IMG/VR virus record: IMGVR_UViG_3300025327_000717
Span: 1-64,000 of that record
Reading direction: 5' to 3' (one strand)
Length of the DNA: 64,000 bases
Origin: a virus
In this document: positions 1 through 8,988 of the stretch, in pieces
Numbering within the stretch: position 1 is the first letter of the stretch
Layout: the number at the start of each line of letters is the position of its first letter
The notes under the pieces: model-generated
Databases searched by the model: none
What the model saw: only the letters and a program-made list of their open reading frames with translations
What the model was told of the DNA's origin: nothing
Translations under genes and position numbers: made by a program

Positions 1-1192
1 AGTGGTCGAAGCGCTCGGCTGCGACGTCCCAGCGGAAGTTCTCCCGCACGTGCTTCAACCCGGCTTCGCCGAGTGACCTTCTGGCCCCTGCGCTCTCATA
101 GAGATACTCGAGCGCCTCAGTGAAAGCCTCGACGTCAGAGAGCCAGACATCCTCACCTGATGGGACGGTGATGAGACGTTGTGGTTCGATGAGCTTGCCG
201 CCGGGCCCGACGACCTCGGTGATGGCGCTGACATCCTGTGCGATGACCGGCACTCCGACCGCGAGACTCTCTGCCAACGTCAATCCGAAACCCTCGCCTC
301 GACTGGTCGAGATGAATAGGTCGGCTGCGTTGTACAAGCAGTTCAAATCCTCTTGCGCCCAACCCTCCCAGGAGTTGCTTAGCCCTGGCAAGAAGAACCG
401 CTTGTGGTCGATATCCGGCACCTTGCGGATGAGTTTCTCGATGGGTACGCCGCTGGTCTGCTGCTTGCTTTGTGTATGGAAGTGGACCTGTACGTTCGAG
501 TGCCGACGCATGAACGGAATCAGCGCCTGGAACGTCGCTCCGAAATCCTTCCGTCCGCTGTTCTTGTCGACCCGCAGGACAAGGAAGCCCTTGCGGTCGA
601 ACCCGAACATCTCCTTGCAGTCCTTCTTCGTCTTGCAGGTGATGCCCGTCGACGTCGTGATGGGCTTCTCGCTGACCGGCCAGAACTGGTCGGTGTCGAC
701 CCCGTGATAGACCATCTTCGAGCCCGGATACTGCGACTGTCCGAACTTGCTCATGGTCACGACGTTGGTGACCGTCAGGAGCCTCTGCCACTCGGCCGGC
801 AGGTTGTAGCCATCACACGGCAGATACGTGAGGATGGGTCGGAGTTGGAGCAACATGCGCGCCCGGTCGTACTGATTCTCATAGAGCATGTCGAGGAGGG
901 TGTCGGGGTCATGGAACTCGACCACCACCTCAGGCGCCACTCGTCCGAGCATCTCGACGACCCTCGAATAGCCGAACGTGTCGTGCCCCAGGAAGCGGGT
1001 CGGTCGATAGAGCTTGAGAGGCGTCGCTTGTGATGGATCAAGGAGCGATGGCCAATAGTCACCTTCATGGTTGACGGCAAGTACGGTGATGTCATGCCCA
1101 TAGTCGCGCACGAGGCGCTCAGCGAGAGAGTGGGTGACACGCCCGAAGCCCGTGTGGCAGCCAGCATCACCATGCCAGAGGATCTTGGCCAT
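1..1192 (-). CDS. GT4 (GT-B) glycosyltransferase, truncated by left window edge
   Basis: Not in ORF track. Manual translation from ATG 1192: MAKILWHGDAGCHTGFGRVTHSLAERL...; C-terminal LYNAADLFISTSRGEGFGLTLAESLAVGVP fits the GT4 E-x7-E motif. Confidence 0.9.
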   Translation of the reverse strand, partial: MAKILWHGDAGCHTGFGRVTHSLAERLVRDYGHDITVLAVNHEGDYWPSLLDPSQATPLKLYRPTRFLGHDTFGYSRVVEMLGRVAPEVVVEFHDPDTLLDMLYENQYDRARMLLQLRPILTYLPCDGYNLPAEWQRLLTVTNVVTMSKFGQSQYPGSKMVYHGVDTDQFWPVSEKPITTSTGITCKTKKDCKEMFGFDRKGFLVLRVDKNSGRKDFGATFQALIPFMRRHSNVQVHFHTQSKQQTSGVPIEKLIRKVPDIDHKRFFLPGLSNSWEGWAQEDLNCLYNAADLFISTSRGEGFGLTLAESLAVGVPVIAQDVSAITEVVGPGGKLIEPQRLITVPSGEDVWLSDVEAFTEALEYLYESAGARRSLGEAGLKHVRENFRWDVAAERFDH

Positions 1193-1225
1193 GAGCCCTC
1201 CCGAAAGGATGAGGCGTGATGTCGA

Positions 1226-4200
1226 CTACTGACGGTCGACGACGATGTCCTTCGCAGCGGTGGTGACGACCCTGCCGCCCGGATAGGTGACTTCCCAGCG
1301 ACCCTTGTAGGAGCCCTTCAGGTTGAGATCGTTCACTGACCACTGGTAGCGCACGGTCCCGGATGTCGCGTTGATGATGGTGGCGGATCCGTTGACTCGA
1401 TACGACTTGTCGTTGTCCTTGCGCATCTGGAAGCGGACCGTCGCCCCAGTCAACGTTTCAACGTCGGTGGCATCACCGAGAGCATGGATGGTGCCTGTGA
1501 GGTCCGGGCCGGTGTCACCCGTGATGAACGAGCCCATGTAACCGCTCCTTGTCCAGTCTAGGAACCGCGTCGAGTCGGCCCAGTCTAGGAACCGCGTCGT
1601 ATCCGCCCAATCGAGATACCGGGTCGTGTCTATCCAATCGAGATGGTCCGGCAGGAGCGGTGAGATCGAGGCATCGATCGAGAACGACCCGGTCTCTTGG
1701 GTCGCCAAGATGGCGTCTGCACTGAACCCGACCGTTCGGGTTGCACCGATCACCGCATCTACGGCGAAGGCTGCGACACCTGTCTTCGCGATGAACGCGT
1801 CCACTGTGAACGCATCGCCAGCGGTCGCTTCGATGACCGCGTTGAGCGTTACGGTAGCAGAACTCGTGCTGAGAAGTACAGCATCTGTGCTGAACGAGTC
1901 AACGATCGTGCGGACGATGTAGGCATCGACCGCGAACGAGGCGGTCTGTTGCCCTGCCATGACAGCGTCGGCTGAGAGTGATGCATCTCTCGTCGTGAGC
2001 AAGATAGCATCGACCGATAGCGCACCGAACACGACAGCACGGATGATCGCGTCCGTCGTGAACGAGCCAGCACGCGGGACACTCGCGAGAGCATCGATCG
2101 TGAAGGAACCCGTCCTGCCGGCCGCGATGACCGCATCGATAGTGAACGCCCCGACACCTGCTCCTTCGATCCAAGCGTTGACACTGAACGACGCGGACGA
2201 CGACCGTCTGACGATCGCGTCGATGACGAAGGAGTCGGTGATGGTCGGCAGAAGAAGCCATGCATCGATCGTGAACGAAGCCGTGTTCGTCTCGAAGAGG
2301 ACGGCGTCTGCGGTGAACGAAGCCGTCGCGCTCTTGGCGATGACAGCGTCGATGGTGATGACGCTGACCGCTGTCCGCTCGACGATGGCATCTACATCGA
2401 AGGTATCGGCCTGCCCCTTCGATATGATCGCATCGACCAGGAACCCATCTGGGGTCGTCTTCGATATGACGGCATCGATGGAGAACGCCCCGACACCCTC
2501 TCCCTCGATGAAGGCATCGACCGTGAACGCCCCGACCTGCGTCTTGCGAACGATGGCATCAGTCGTGAACGAAGCCGTCCGGGTCGCAAGAAGGTAGGCA
2601 TCGACGCTGAACGACGCTGCTTGAACTGCATGCAGGTCCGCGTCGATGAGGAAGGACCCGGTTTGGGTCCTCGCGAGGATGGCGTCCGTGCCGAACGACG
2701 CCGTGGTCGTCGCAGAGATGACCGCATCGATGGAGAACGACCCGCTGCGCGTGGCCAGCAGGATCGCATCGATGGTCGCCGAGTCAGTCCCCGCAGCACG
2801 GATGACCGCATCGATGGAGAGGCTGGCTGAAGATGTGCGCTGCAGCCACGCATCGACCGTGAGAGTCGCAAGGGCCGTCCTCGTGACGATCGCATCGATG
2901 CTGGCTGATGCCGCCCTGGTCGCGGCGATGATCGCGTCGATCGTGAAGGCCGCGATCCCGGTCCCCTCGACCCAAGCATCGATACTGAACGAGCCTGCCT
3001 GTGCCCTCAGGACGATGGCATCGGCGGCGAACGAGTCTGTGCGCGTCGCAAGGATGTAGGCATCGATGGAGAAAGACCCAGCCTGTGTCCTGCGCACGAC
3101 TGCATCGACCGTCGCAGAGCCTGTCCTAGCCGCCAGGATGGTCGCGTCGACGCTGAACGCGGCGACGTTCACTCCCTCGATGAAAGCGTCGACCGTGAAC
3201 GCACCACCGATAGTGGCTCGGGCGATCGCATCGACCGTCAGCGATCCTTGCCGAACAGCCAGGAGATAGGCGTCGACGGTGAGCGACCCTGCTCGCGAAG
3301 CCATGGCTACCGCGTCGATCAAGAAGGACGCTGACTGGACCTTCTTGACGATCGCATCTAGCGTGAAGCTCGATGTGACCGTCCGCTTCAGGCATGCATC
3401 AGCCGTGAACGCCCCGACTTGTGTCTTGCGCAAGACAGCATCGACGACCGTCGAGTCAGACCTCGTCGTCAGGATGATGGCGTCGACAGCGAAGCCCTCG
3501 ACGTTGATGCCCGCGACCCAGGCATCGATCGTGAACGAACCAGCGATGGTTCTTCGGATGACCGCATCTGCAGTGAGAGAGCCAGGGATCGTCGCGATGA
3601 TCACGGCATCGACCGTGAACCCGGCGGCCTCCACCACGACATCCCCAAGAGTCGTGTCGCCGAGCGTGATCTCACCCAACGCTGAGGTACGCGCTTGCAC
3701 ATCGCTAAAGACCCAGGTCCTCTTGCAGATGGCGTCGACAGAGAAGGACCCGACACTTGTCTTCTGCAGCGAAGCATCGACAGTGAGGGAACCAGACCGC
3801 GTCAGCGACAACCAGGCATCGATGGTGAGTGAGGCTGCCTGGGTCTTGCGAGCGACAGCATCGACCAGCAGTGACGCGATGGCGGTCTTTTCGATGACCG
3901 CGTCCGCGCTGAACGAGGCGATCCTCAGCGCACTTATGAACGCATCGACAGTGAAGGACGCAGTCTGTGTCTTCCTGAAGACGGCATCGCCAGAGAGGGA
4001 CCCAGTCTGAGTCCCCTTGATGATGGCGTCGGTGCCAAGCGATACCGACTGCGTCCTCTTGGTGATGGCATCGATCAAGAACGAGGTAGAGCTAGTCTTC
4101 TTGATGATCGCGTCGACCGTGAACGAACTCGCCTGGGTCTTTTTCAGGACCGCAGCCGACGTGAACGATGTCGGTGCCGCTCTCTTGATGACAGCATCCG

Positions 4201-5533
4201 AGAGGAACGACCCAGACCGCGCTCGCTTAATCGCAGCGTCCGCCGTGAGGGTCTTGGTGCCGCTACCAGCCTTGAGTACAGCGTTGACTGTGAACGACAA
4301 AGACCTGGTCTTCTTGATGACGGCGTTCGCAGTGAGAGAACCGGGGACGGTGGTGCCGCCCGCCGTCGTGCCGATGAGCGCGAAGCCCACGACGCCCCAG
4401 GCATCGGAGTCGGTGATCGAGCCCGTACCGCCGTCGATGGTGCCCGCAGCCGAGGCGCTCCCCACGGCGACCAGCATCGGATTGGTGGTCCCGATGGCGG
4501 ACCAACTGCCGCTGGTATAGACATAGGGTCCCGCCTCGGCCCCGATGGCGCCCCGCGAACAGCGGAAGTAGTTCGACGCGTCCAGCGAACCCGTCCGCCG
4601 CAGGACGACCCAATAGGGGGTGCCGCCGGTCAGCGATGCCGAGAGAGCGACGCTGAACAGGGTGATGCTGGTCGATATGGAGGCGTTGGGGATCGTGGCC
4701 GAGCCAAGGACGGTCCCCGAGGGCACGCCGCTGCTATCGGACTGGATCTCGACCACCACGTCATCAGCAGGAGAGCCGAACTTCTGTAGATAGACGAAGC
4801 CCCTAGCGACGGTCACGGCCCCGGACGGCGTGAAGGGCTGGGCCAGGCGCTCCGATGCCGTGGTCCCGAAGAGCTCCTCATCCTGTGACAGCCCTAGGAG
4901 CTCGAAGGCGTCACATAGATAGGACGCCTGCAGGTAGATAGCACCATCAGTGCCGGAACTCTCGGCATAGCCACCGAGCTGGTGCCACCATCGCCCGCCG
5001 GACTGACCCGTGAAGCGGGCCGCTGCGTTATCGTCGTTGATGGCCAAGAAATTGAGGACGAGCCGATCCGCCCCAAGTGTCTGGACGCTGGCATCGGCGG
5101 CCGTAGCACTCGTGCCCTTGCTGTTGACCGTGGCGCCCGCCGTGGCGTTCTCGATGACGGTCTCGATCGTCGTGCCGGTCGAGACATCGGTGAACTCGTA
5201 GAAGCGCCAATACAGGTCTTCCGAGGTGCTGTTGCCGCCCGTGAACGTCGGGGCGCTGGTGGAGAGCGAGCGGCCGATCCAAAGATGCTGGATGGCCTCG
5301 TTGCTGTCACCCACATCGAAGGCGCCGATGTAGGTCCAGGCGTTATCCGTGCCAGCGAGGTTCTCGATGTTGGTGGCGCTGGTGAAGGTGACCGCGCCAT
5401 CCGTCGTGCCATCCTGGAGGACTTGCAGGATGACGATGCGGCCCGCCGCACCGGGGGCGTGACAGGTAGCGGTCCACGCACCACCGGCATCAGTGGCGCC
5501 ACTACTTCTGTCTAGGTAGACCGGCGCAGCCAT
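1226..5533 (-). CDS. 1435-aa putative virion fibre protein: N-terminal beta domains, 62 x 14-aa repeats, C-terminal BppU-like domain
   Basis: ORF track; C-terminus (GDTGPDLTGTI...LTGATVRFQM...SGTVRYQW...GRWEVTYPGG) resembles BppU-type Ig-like adaptor domains. Confidence 0.75.
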   Translation of the reverse strand: MAAPVYLDRSSGATDAGGAWTATCHAPGAAGRIVILQVLQDGTTDGAVTFTSATNIENLAGTDNAWTYIGAFDVGDSNEAIQHLWIGRSLSTSAPTFTGGNSTSEDLYWRFYEFTDVSTGTTIETVIENATAGATVNSKGTSATAADASVQTLGADRLVLNFLAINDDNAAARFTGQSGGRWWHQLGGYAESSGTDGAIYLQASYLCDAFELLGLSQDEELFGTTASERLAQPFTPSGAVTVARGFVYLQKFGSPADDVVVEIQSDSSGVPSGTVLGSATIPNASISTSITLFSVALSASLTGGTPYWVVLRRTGSLDASNYFRCSRGAIGAEAGPYVYTSGSWSAIGTTNPMLVAVGSASAAGTIDGGTGSITDSDAWGVVGFALIGTTAGGTTVPGSLTANAVIKKTRSLSFTVNAVLKAGSGTKTLTADAAIKRARSGSFLSDAVIKRAAPTSFTSAAVLKKTQASSFTVDAIIKKTSSTSFLIDAITKRTQSVSLGTDAIIKGTQTGSLSGDAVFRKTQTASFTVDAFISALRIASFSADAVIEKTAIASLLVDAVARKTQAASLTIDAWLSLTRSGSLTVDASLQKTSVGSFSVDAICKRTWVFSDVQARTSALGEITLGDTTLGDVVVEAAGFTVDAVIIATIPGSLTADAVIRRTIAGSFTIDAWVAGINVEGFAVDAIILTTRSDSTVVDAVLRKTQVGAFTADACLKRTVTSSFTLDAIVKKVQSASFLIDAVAMASRAGSLTVDAYLLAVRQGSLTVDAIARATIGGAFTVDAFIEGVNVAAFSVDATILAARTGSATVDAVVRRTQAGSFSIDAYILATRTDSFAADAIVLRAQAGSFSIDAWVEGTGIAAFTIDAIIAATRAASASIDAIVTRTALATLTVDAWLQRTSSASLSIDAVIRAAGTDSATIDAILLATRSGSFSIDAVISATTTASFGTDAILARTQTGSFLIDADLHAVQAASFSVDAYLLATRTASFTTDAIVRKTQVGAFTVDAFIEGEGVGAFSIDAVISKTTPDGFLVDAIISKGQADTFDVDAIVERTAVSVITIDAVIAKSATASFTADAVLFETNTASFTIDAWLLLPTITDSFVIDAIVRRSSSASFSVNAWIEGAGVGAFTIDAVIAAGRTGSFTIDALASVPRAGSFTTDAIIRAVVFGALSVDAILLTTRDASLSADAVMAGQQTASFAVDAYIVRTIVDSFSTDAVLLSTSSATVTLNAVIEATAGDAFTVDAFIAKTGVAAFAVDAVIGATRTVGFSADAILATQETGSFSIDASISPLLPDHLDWIDTTRYLDWADTTRFLDWADSTRFLDWTRSGYMGSFITGDTGPDLTGTIHALGDATDVETLTGATVRFQMRKDNDKSYRVNGSATIINATSGTVRYQWSVNDLNLKGSYKGRWEVTYPGGRVVTTAAKDIVVDRQ
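1553..1642 (-). repeat. Coding 27-nt repeat, about 3.3 copies of LDW[AI]D[TS]TR[FY]
   Basis: LDWIDTTRY LDWADTTRF LDWADSTRF LDW. Confidence 0.9.
1664..4354 (-). repeat. Coding tandem repeat, 14 aa (42 nt), consensus xxTxxGSF[TS][VI]DA[VI][IL], 62 copies
   Basis: Counted by hand in the translation; one interruption (ARTSALGEITLGDTTLGD) after copy 15. Confidence 0.95.
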
Positions 5534-5760
5534 CAGCCGTAGTCGATGTCAGAGTCCCAGACGAGATCGCCCGAGCTGATGGTCTCGTTGCTGGACGTGT
5601 AGACGCGGATATGCTGGCCGGCATCCCATGTAGCCCGCGCCTCGGCGTAGGCCTCGGCGCGCTCGACCTGCGAATCGGTCAGGCTGGCGATGGGGATGTC
5701 ACGGATGCGCCGCTCCGTCCCGTTGGAGCGGACCTGCACGATACGGACGAACTCGGCCAT
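5533..5760 (-). CDS. hypothetical protein (75 aa)
   Basis: TGATG-coupled to the 1435-aa gene. Confidence 0.75.
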   Translation of the reverse strand: MAEFVRIVQVRSNGTERRIRDIPIASLTDSQVERAEAYAEARATWDAGQHIRVYTSSNETISSGDLVWDSDIDYG

Positions 5761-5798
5761 CAGTCAGCCATGTGCCAGTCGTGGTGCGTTGGACACAT

Positions 5799-5894
5799 GA
5801 AGACCCGGAGGGCCGCTTCATGGGCGACTCTCCGGGTCTTCCGTCCAAAAGGTGTCTTCTTCACGGGGTGGGATCCCCTATGATCTACCCCGTG
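5799..5894. other. Two strong intergenic hairpins (terminator or RNA-processing element)
   Basis: gaagacccggag...ctccgggtcttc and cacggggtgggatc-ccctat-gatctaccccgtg; no clear U-tract. Confidence 0.5.
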
Positions 5895-5914
5895 GGATCG
5901 GGGCTTCAGGGCGC

Positions 5915-6376
5915 TTAGAGCTGACCCTTCACCATATCGCTGCCTAGCTGGTAGACGTCTTCTCCGCCACAGGTCATACCGTTGGGCATGACCCAGAGCC
6001 GCTGCACCTGTCCACCAGGTAGCTTCTTGCCGATACCATAGCAGACCACTTCCTGGCTCTCCTCGTCGCTGAACGACATGACGCCCACATGCTTGGCCAC
6101 GTAGTACGGCTGGTCACCATCATCGACGGTCTGGATGAGTACCGGAACCAGGACGCCCTCTGCGTTCGAGCGCTCTTTGCTGCAAAGCATCCAGATGCCA
6201 GGCACACGCATGAGGCCCTGATGCTTCGCGATCCAGCCCCTCTCGTTGAGGTCGATGACCGTCGACGCTGCTGAGCGCTGACCATCTGACATGGCATACG
6301 TCCGGATGACAAGGAAGAAGGGATTGGGCCCCTGCCACTCATAGTCAGCCATGATGAAGGCGAAGGGCCATATCAC
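5915..6376 (-). CDS. hypothetical protein
   Basis: GTGA overlap with upstream GT. Confidence 0.7.
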   Translation of the reverse strand: MIWPFAFIMADYEWQGPNPFFLVIRTYAMSDGQRSAASTVIDLNERGWIAKHQGLMRVPGIWMLCSKERSNAEGVLVPVLIQTVDDGDQPYYVAKHVGVMSFSDEESQEVVCYGIGKKLPGGQVQRLWVMPNGMTCGGEDVYQLGSDMVKGQL

Positions 6377-7185
6377 AGGCCATCCAGCCCCTCCCGCCGT
6401 CTGGCCTCCTCTTGGGACAGGGTATGGAGCCCGACGGCATCGTTCATCTCCCGGACAGCGGTCTGCACCTCTTCGGGACGTCTGGCCACTTGATCGTAGA
6501 AGTCAGAGATACCGAGGACCTTCTGGCCGATATGCCCGATCTGGATACGCGTATCGACGAAGATGCGAACACCTGCCCTGCGTGCGTTCAGGCAGAAACG
6601 GAGGTCCTCCCCCATCGTGCCGGTCCACTCGTAGAACGGCCACGGATGCAGACCAGCACGGATCATCAGTGAGGGGAAAGGACCGCCCATGATGGCCGAG
6701 AAGACATCTGGCTCGATGAGATAGAACGCCGCGCCGGTCGCGTCCACCTCCACGTAATCCATGCCCTGCCAGTCTTCGATGAAGTTGAAGGGTCCCTCTG
6801 CCATGTCACGGGCCCGGAAGAGGGTCGGCTGATAGGGCGGATAGCGGCGGACACAGAGCCCGCCCACGATGATGGGCTCGCTGATCTGCGCCTTCAGCTC
6901 GTGGTACGAGGCCACAAGACTACCGACCGCCTCAGCCTCGAAGACCATGTCGTCATCGATGAAGAGCAGCCACTCGCCATCCATCATGCGGACAGCTTCG
7001 TTGCGCTGCAACGGCAACTGCGAGCCCTGGATGTAGATCCGGTTGACAGGCTTACCGGCGGCCCAGCGGTAGTCCGTCTTCATGTGTGAGACGTGGGTCT
7101 CGGCTGCGATGCGATCACGGAACGGTGTAGCGATCGTCCCGATGGGGTCCTGGTAGATCTCTTTGAAGATGGTGAGGTCGCTCAT
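6373..7185 (-). CDS. GT2-like (GT-A) glycosyltransferase
   Basis: QRNEAV, WLLFIDDDMVF (DxD), EVDATGAAFYLI, GEDLRFC, VDTRIQIGH. Confidence 0.9.
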   Translation of the reverse strand: MSDLTIFKEIYQDPIGTIATPFRDRIAAETHVSHMKTDYRWAAGKPVNRIYIQGSQLPLQRNEAVRMMDGEWLLFIDDDMVFEAEAVGSLVASYHELKAQISEPIIVGGLCVRRYPPYQPTLFRARDMAEGPFNFIEDWQGMDYVEVDATGAAFYLIEPDVFSAIMGGPFPSLMIRAGLHPWPFYEWTGTMGEDLRFCLNARRAGVRIFVDTRIQIGHIGQKVLGISDFYDQVARRPEEVQTAVREMNDAVGLHTLSQEEARRREGLDGL

Positions 7186-7220
7186 CTCCCTCTTCCTCGC
7201 CGGGGCATGCCCCTGAGCGT

Positions 7221-7505
7221 TTATGCGACGGTGACAGCCAAGTTCGCGACCGAAGCGTCGTCCGATACCTGACGCAGATGTAGCGTCCAGCTACCAGCGG
7301 CAGGGATGATCAGGCCTTCCCACTCATAGTCACCCGAGAAGACGGGGCTGGTCAGCGTGTCCTCTCCGGAGGCCTCGGCGGTCATGTAATACCTGATCTC
7401 AGCGTCCGTCGTCTCGTCGACCGAGTCGACGTCGTTCGCCAAGATGTGGAGCACGGTGACCTTCGCCGTGACATCGCCGGTCGTCCGGCGTGAGATCGTT
7501 GCCAT
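7221..7505 (-). CDS. small beta-rich (Ig-like) hypothetical protein
   Basis: 94 aa, PAAGSWTLHL...VANLAVTV. Confidence 0.7.
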   Translation of the reverse strand: MATISRRTTGDVTAKVTVLHILANDVDSVDETTDAEIRYYMTAEASGEDTLTSPVFSGDYEWEGLIIPAAGSWTLHLRQVSDDASVANLAVTVA

Positions 7506-7508
7506 CTC

Positions 7509-8207
7509 TCACTCCTTCCAAGACTGGCTGGCCAGCCTGGTGATATCCAGGGTCCAGTCACGAGGACTGCTGCCCTGGTCGAAAGGCGTCTTGTAGGTCT
7601 CTTGGCCTACCGGTCCGCCCCACTTCTCGACATAGTACCGGGCGTTCAGGGGGAACGTTCGTGCGTTCTCAGCTTTGTACCTATCGGAACGCAAGAGCGT
7701 CGAGCTCATCACATGCGTCCCAGCCATGTCGAGTTGGTAGATCGTGGAGCCCAGCAGCCCACAACGATAGTGGTAGTCGTTGTCCTCGAAGTAGCCAGGC
7801 ACGAAGTTCTCGTCGAACCAGCCGACGGTCTTGATCGTCGAAGCCCTGATGCCGAAGAGATGCATACCCTGGAAGGCCACGAGCCCGTAGCCAGCGATAT
7901 TCTCCTCGAGTCGCTCGAGATCGCCTTCACCGAGGATGAGATCGCTATTCGCGATGGCCCACCATGGTGCATCGGAGTGGAGTTTGATGAGGAGGTTCCA
8001 TGAAGCTGAGACACCGAGGTTGCGATGGCCACGCGTGACGAGCAGTCGTGGCTTCATGCGCACGCCCATGGGCAATACGAGCGGATCCTTCGTCGGGCTG
8101 TTGTCGATGATGTGGATGAAGCCATATTGGTCTTGAGAGATCGACTCGAGGCACTCGAATAGCAGGTCCGGGTTCGATAGGTAGGGGATGCCGATGACTG
8201 GGATCAC
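7509..8207 (-). CDS. GT2 glycosyltransferase
   Basis: IIDNS, NLGVSASWN, NSDL, VGWFDENFVPGYFEDNDY. Confidence 0.9.
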   Translation of the reverse strand: MIPVIGIPYLSNPDLLFECLESISQDQYGFIHIIDNSPTKDPLVLPMGVRMKPRLLVTRGHRNLGVSASWNLLIKLHSDAPWWAIANSDLILGEGDLERLEENIAGYGLVAFQGMHLFGIRASTIKTVGWFDENFVPGYFEDNDYHYRCGLLGSTIYQLDMAGTHVMSSTLLRSDRYKAENARTFPLNARYYVEKWGGPVGQETYKTPFDQGSSPRDWTLDITRLASQSWKE

Positions 8208-8347
8208 TTGACTCTACCGAGGAGCCATCGCAATACCAAGAAGCCCATGAGGACGACGAGTATCCCGATGATGATGGCCTCGAGCGGCTGGCCCTCGCAC
8301 TCGATCTGATCACACAACTCACCGAAGATGAACCATGACGCGATCAT
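8204..8347 (-). CDS. small membrane protein (47 aa)
   Basis: Coupled on both sides; hydrophobic AIIIGILVVLMGFLVL. Confidence 0.65.
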   Translation of the reverse strand: MIASWFIFGELCDQIECEGQPLEAIIIGILVVLMGFLVLRWLLGRVK

Positions 8348-8988
8348 GCCGATCCGCCCTCTGGATTCGGATAGTAGTGATGGACCACCTGCTCGACGAA
8401 GAAGAACCTCACGCCGCCAGCGATCATCCGCGTCCAGAGGTCGCCATCCTCTGGCATCCCTCGCTGCAAGCACTCCAGATCATATCGATAGCCAAGCGAA
8501 CGCTTCCAGATAGCGGCTCCATCACAGAAGGCCCCGAAGCCAGGTGGCCAGCGACCGTAGTGCTGGATGCGCCCGCCGCTCTTGAACGCGATGGACTTGC
8601 CATAGGCGAAGTCGACATCGTTCCACTCAAGACCCCTGACGAGCACCTCGACATGATCCGGCGTGAACTCATCGTCATCATCGAGTCCGCCGACGTAGTC
8701 CCCGGTAGCATGATCGTGGCCCCAGTTCCGAGCCTCGAGCCCGATGACACCCCAACGCACATGCGGGTCATCAGGGAGCGGCTGCTTAGGGAGGTTCCAG
8801 TAGTGGACCCTGGCGTCGTCTTCCGCGATGGCAAGCACGCCCTCCGTCGTCTCGTCATCGGTCCCGTCACCAACGACGAGGACCTCGAGCTCATGCTGTG
8901 TCTTCTGACGAAGGACAGAAGGAAGAGCGCGCTCAAGCAGTAGCCTGGGACGATGGTGCGTCGGGATGATGATGCTGACCCTAGCCAC
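8344..8988 (-). CDS. GT2 glycosyltransferase
   Basis: VSIIIPTHHR, VVGDGTDD, ARNWG, LDDDD, PEDGDLWTRM. Confidence 0.92.
   Translation of the reverse strand: MARVSIIIPTHHRPRLLLERALPSVLRQKTQHELEVLVVGDGTDDETTEGVLAIAEDDARVHYWNLPKQPLPDDPHVRWGVIGLEARNWGHDHATGDYVGGLDDDDEFTPDHVEVLVRGLEWNDVDFAYGKSIAFKSGGRIQHYGRWPPGFGAFCDGAAIWKRSLGYRYDLECLQRGMPEDGDLWTRMIAGGVRFFFVEQVVHHYYPNPEGGSA

Noticed and set aside
153-791. 212-aa minus-strand ORF from the track
   Set aside because: Alternative frame of the true GT4 gene, which the track missed because it runs off the window
1664-4354. CRISPR array or DGR
   Set aside because: Repeats are degenerate and coding; no spacers, cas genes or reverse transcriptase; the 62-bp repeat shows no adenine-specific changes
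1626-4520. Many plus-strand ORFs with MTASxVNE repeats (also 55715-57057)
   Set aside because: Antisense shadows of the 14-aa repeat genes
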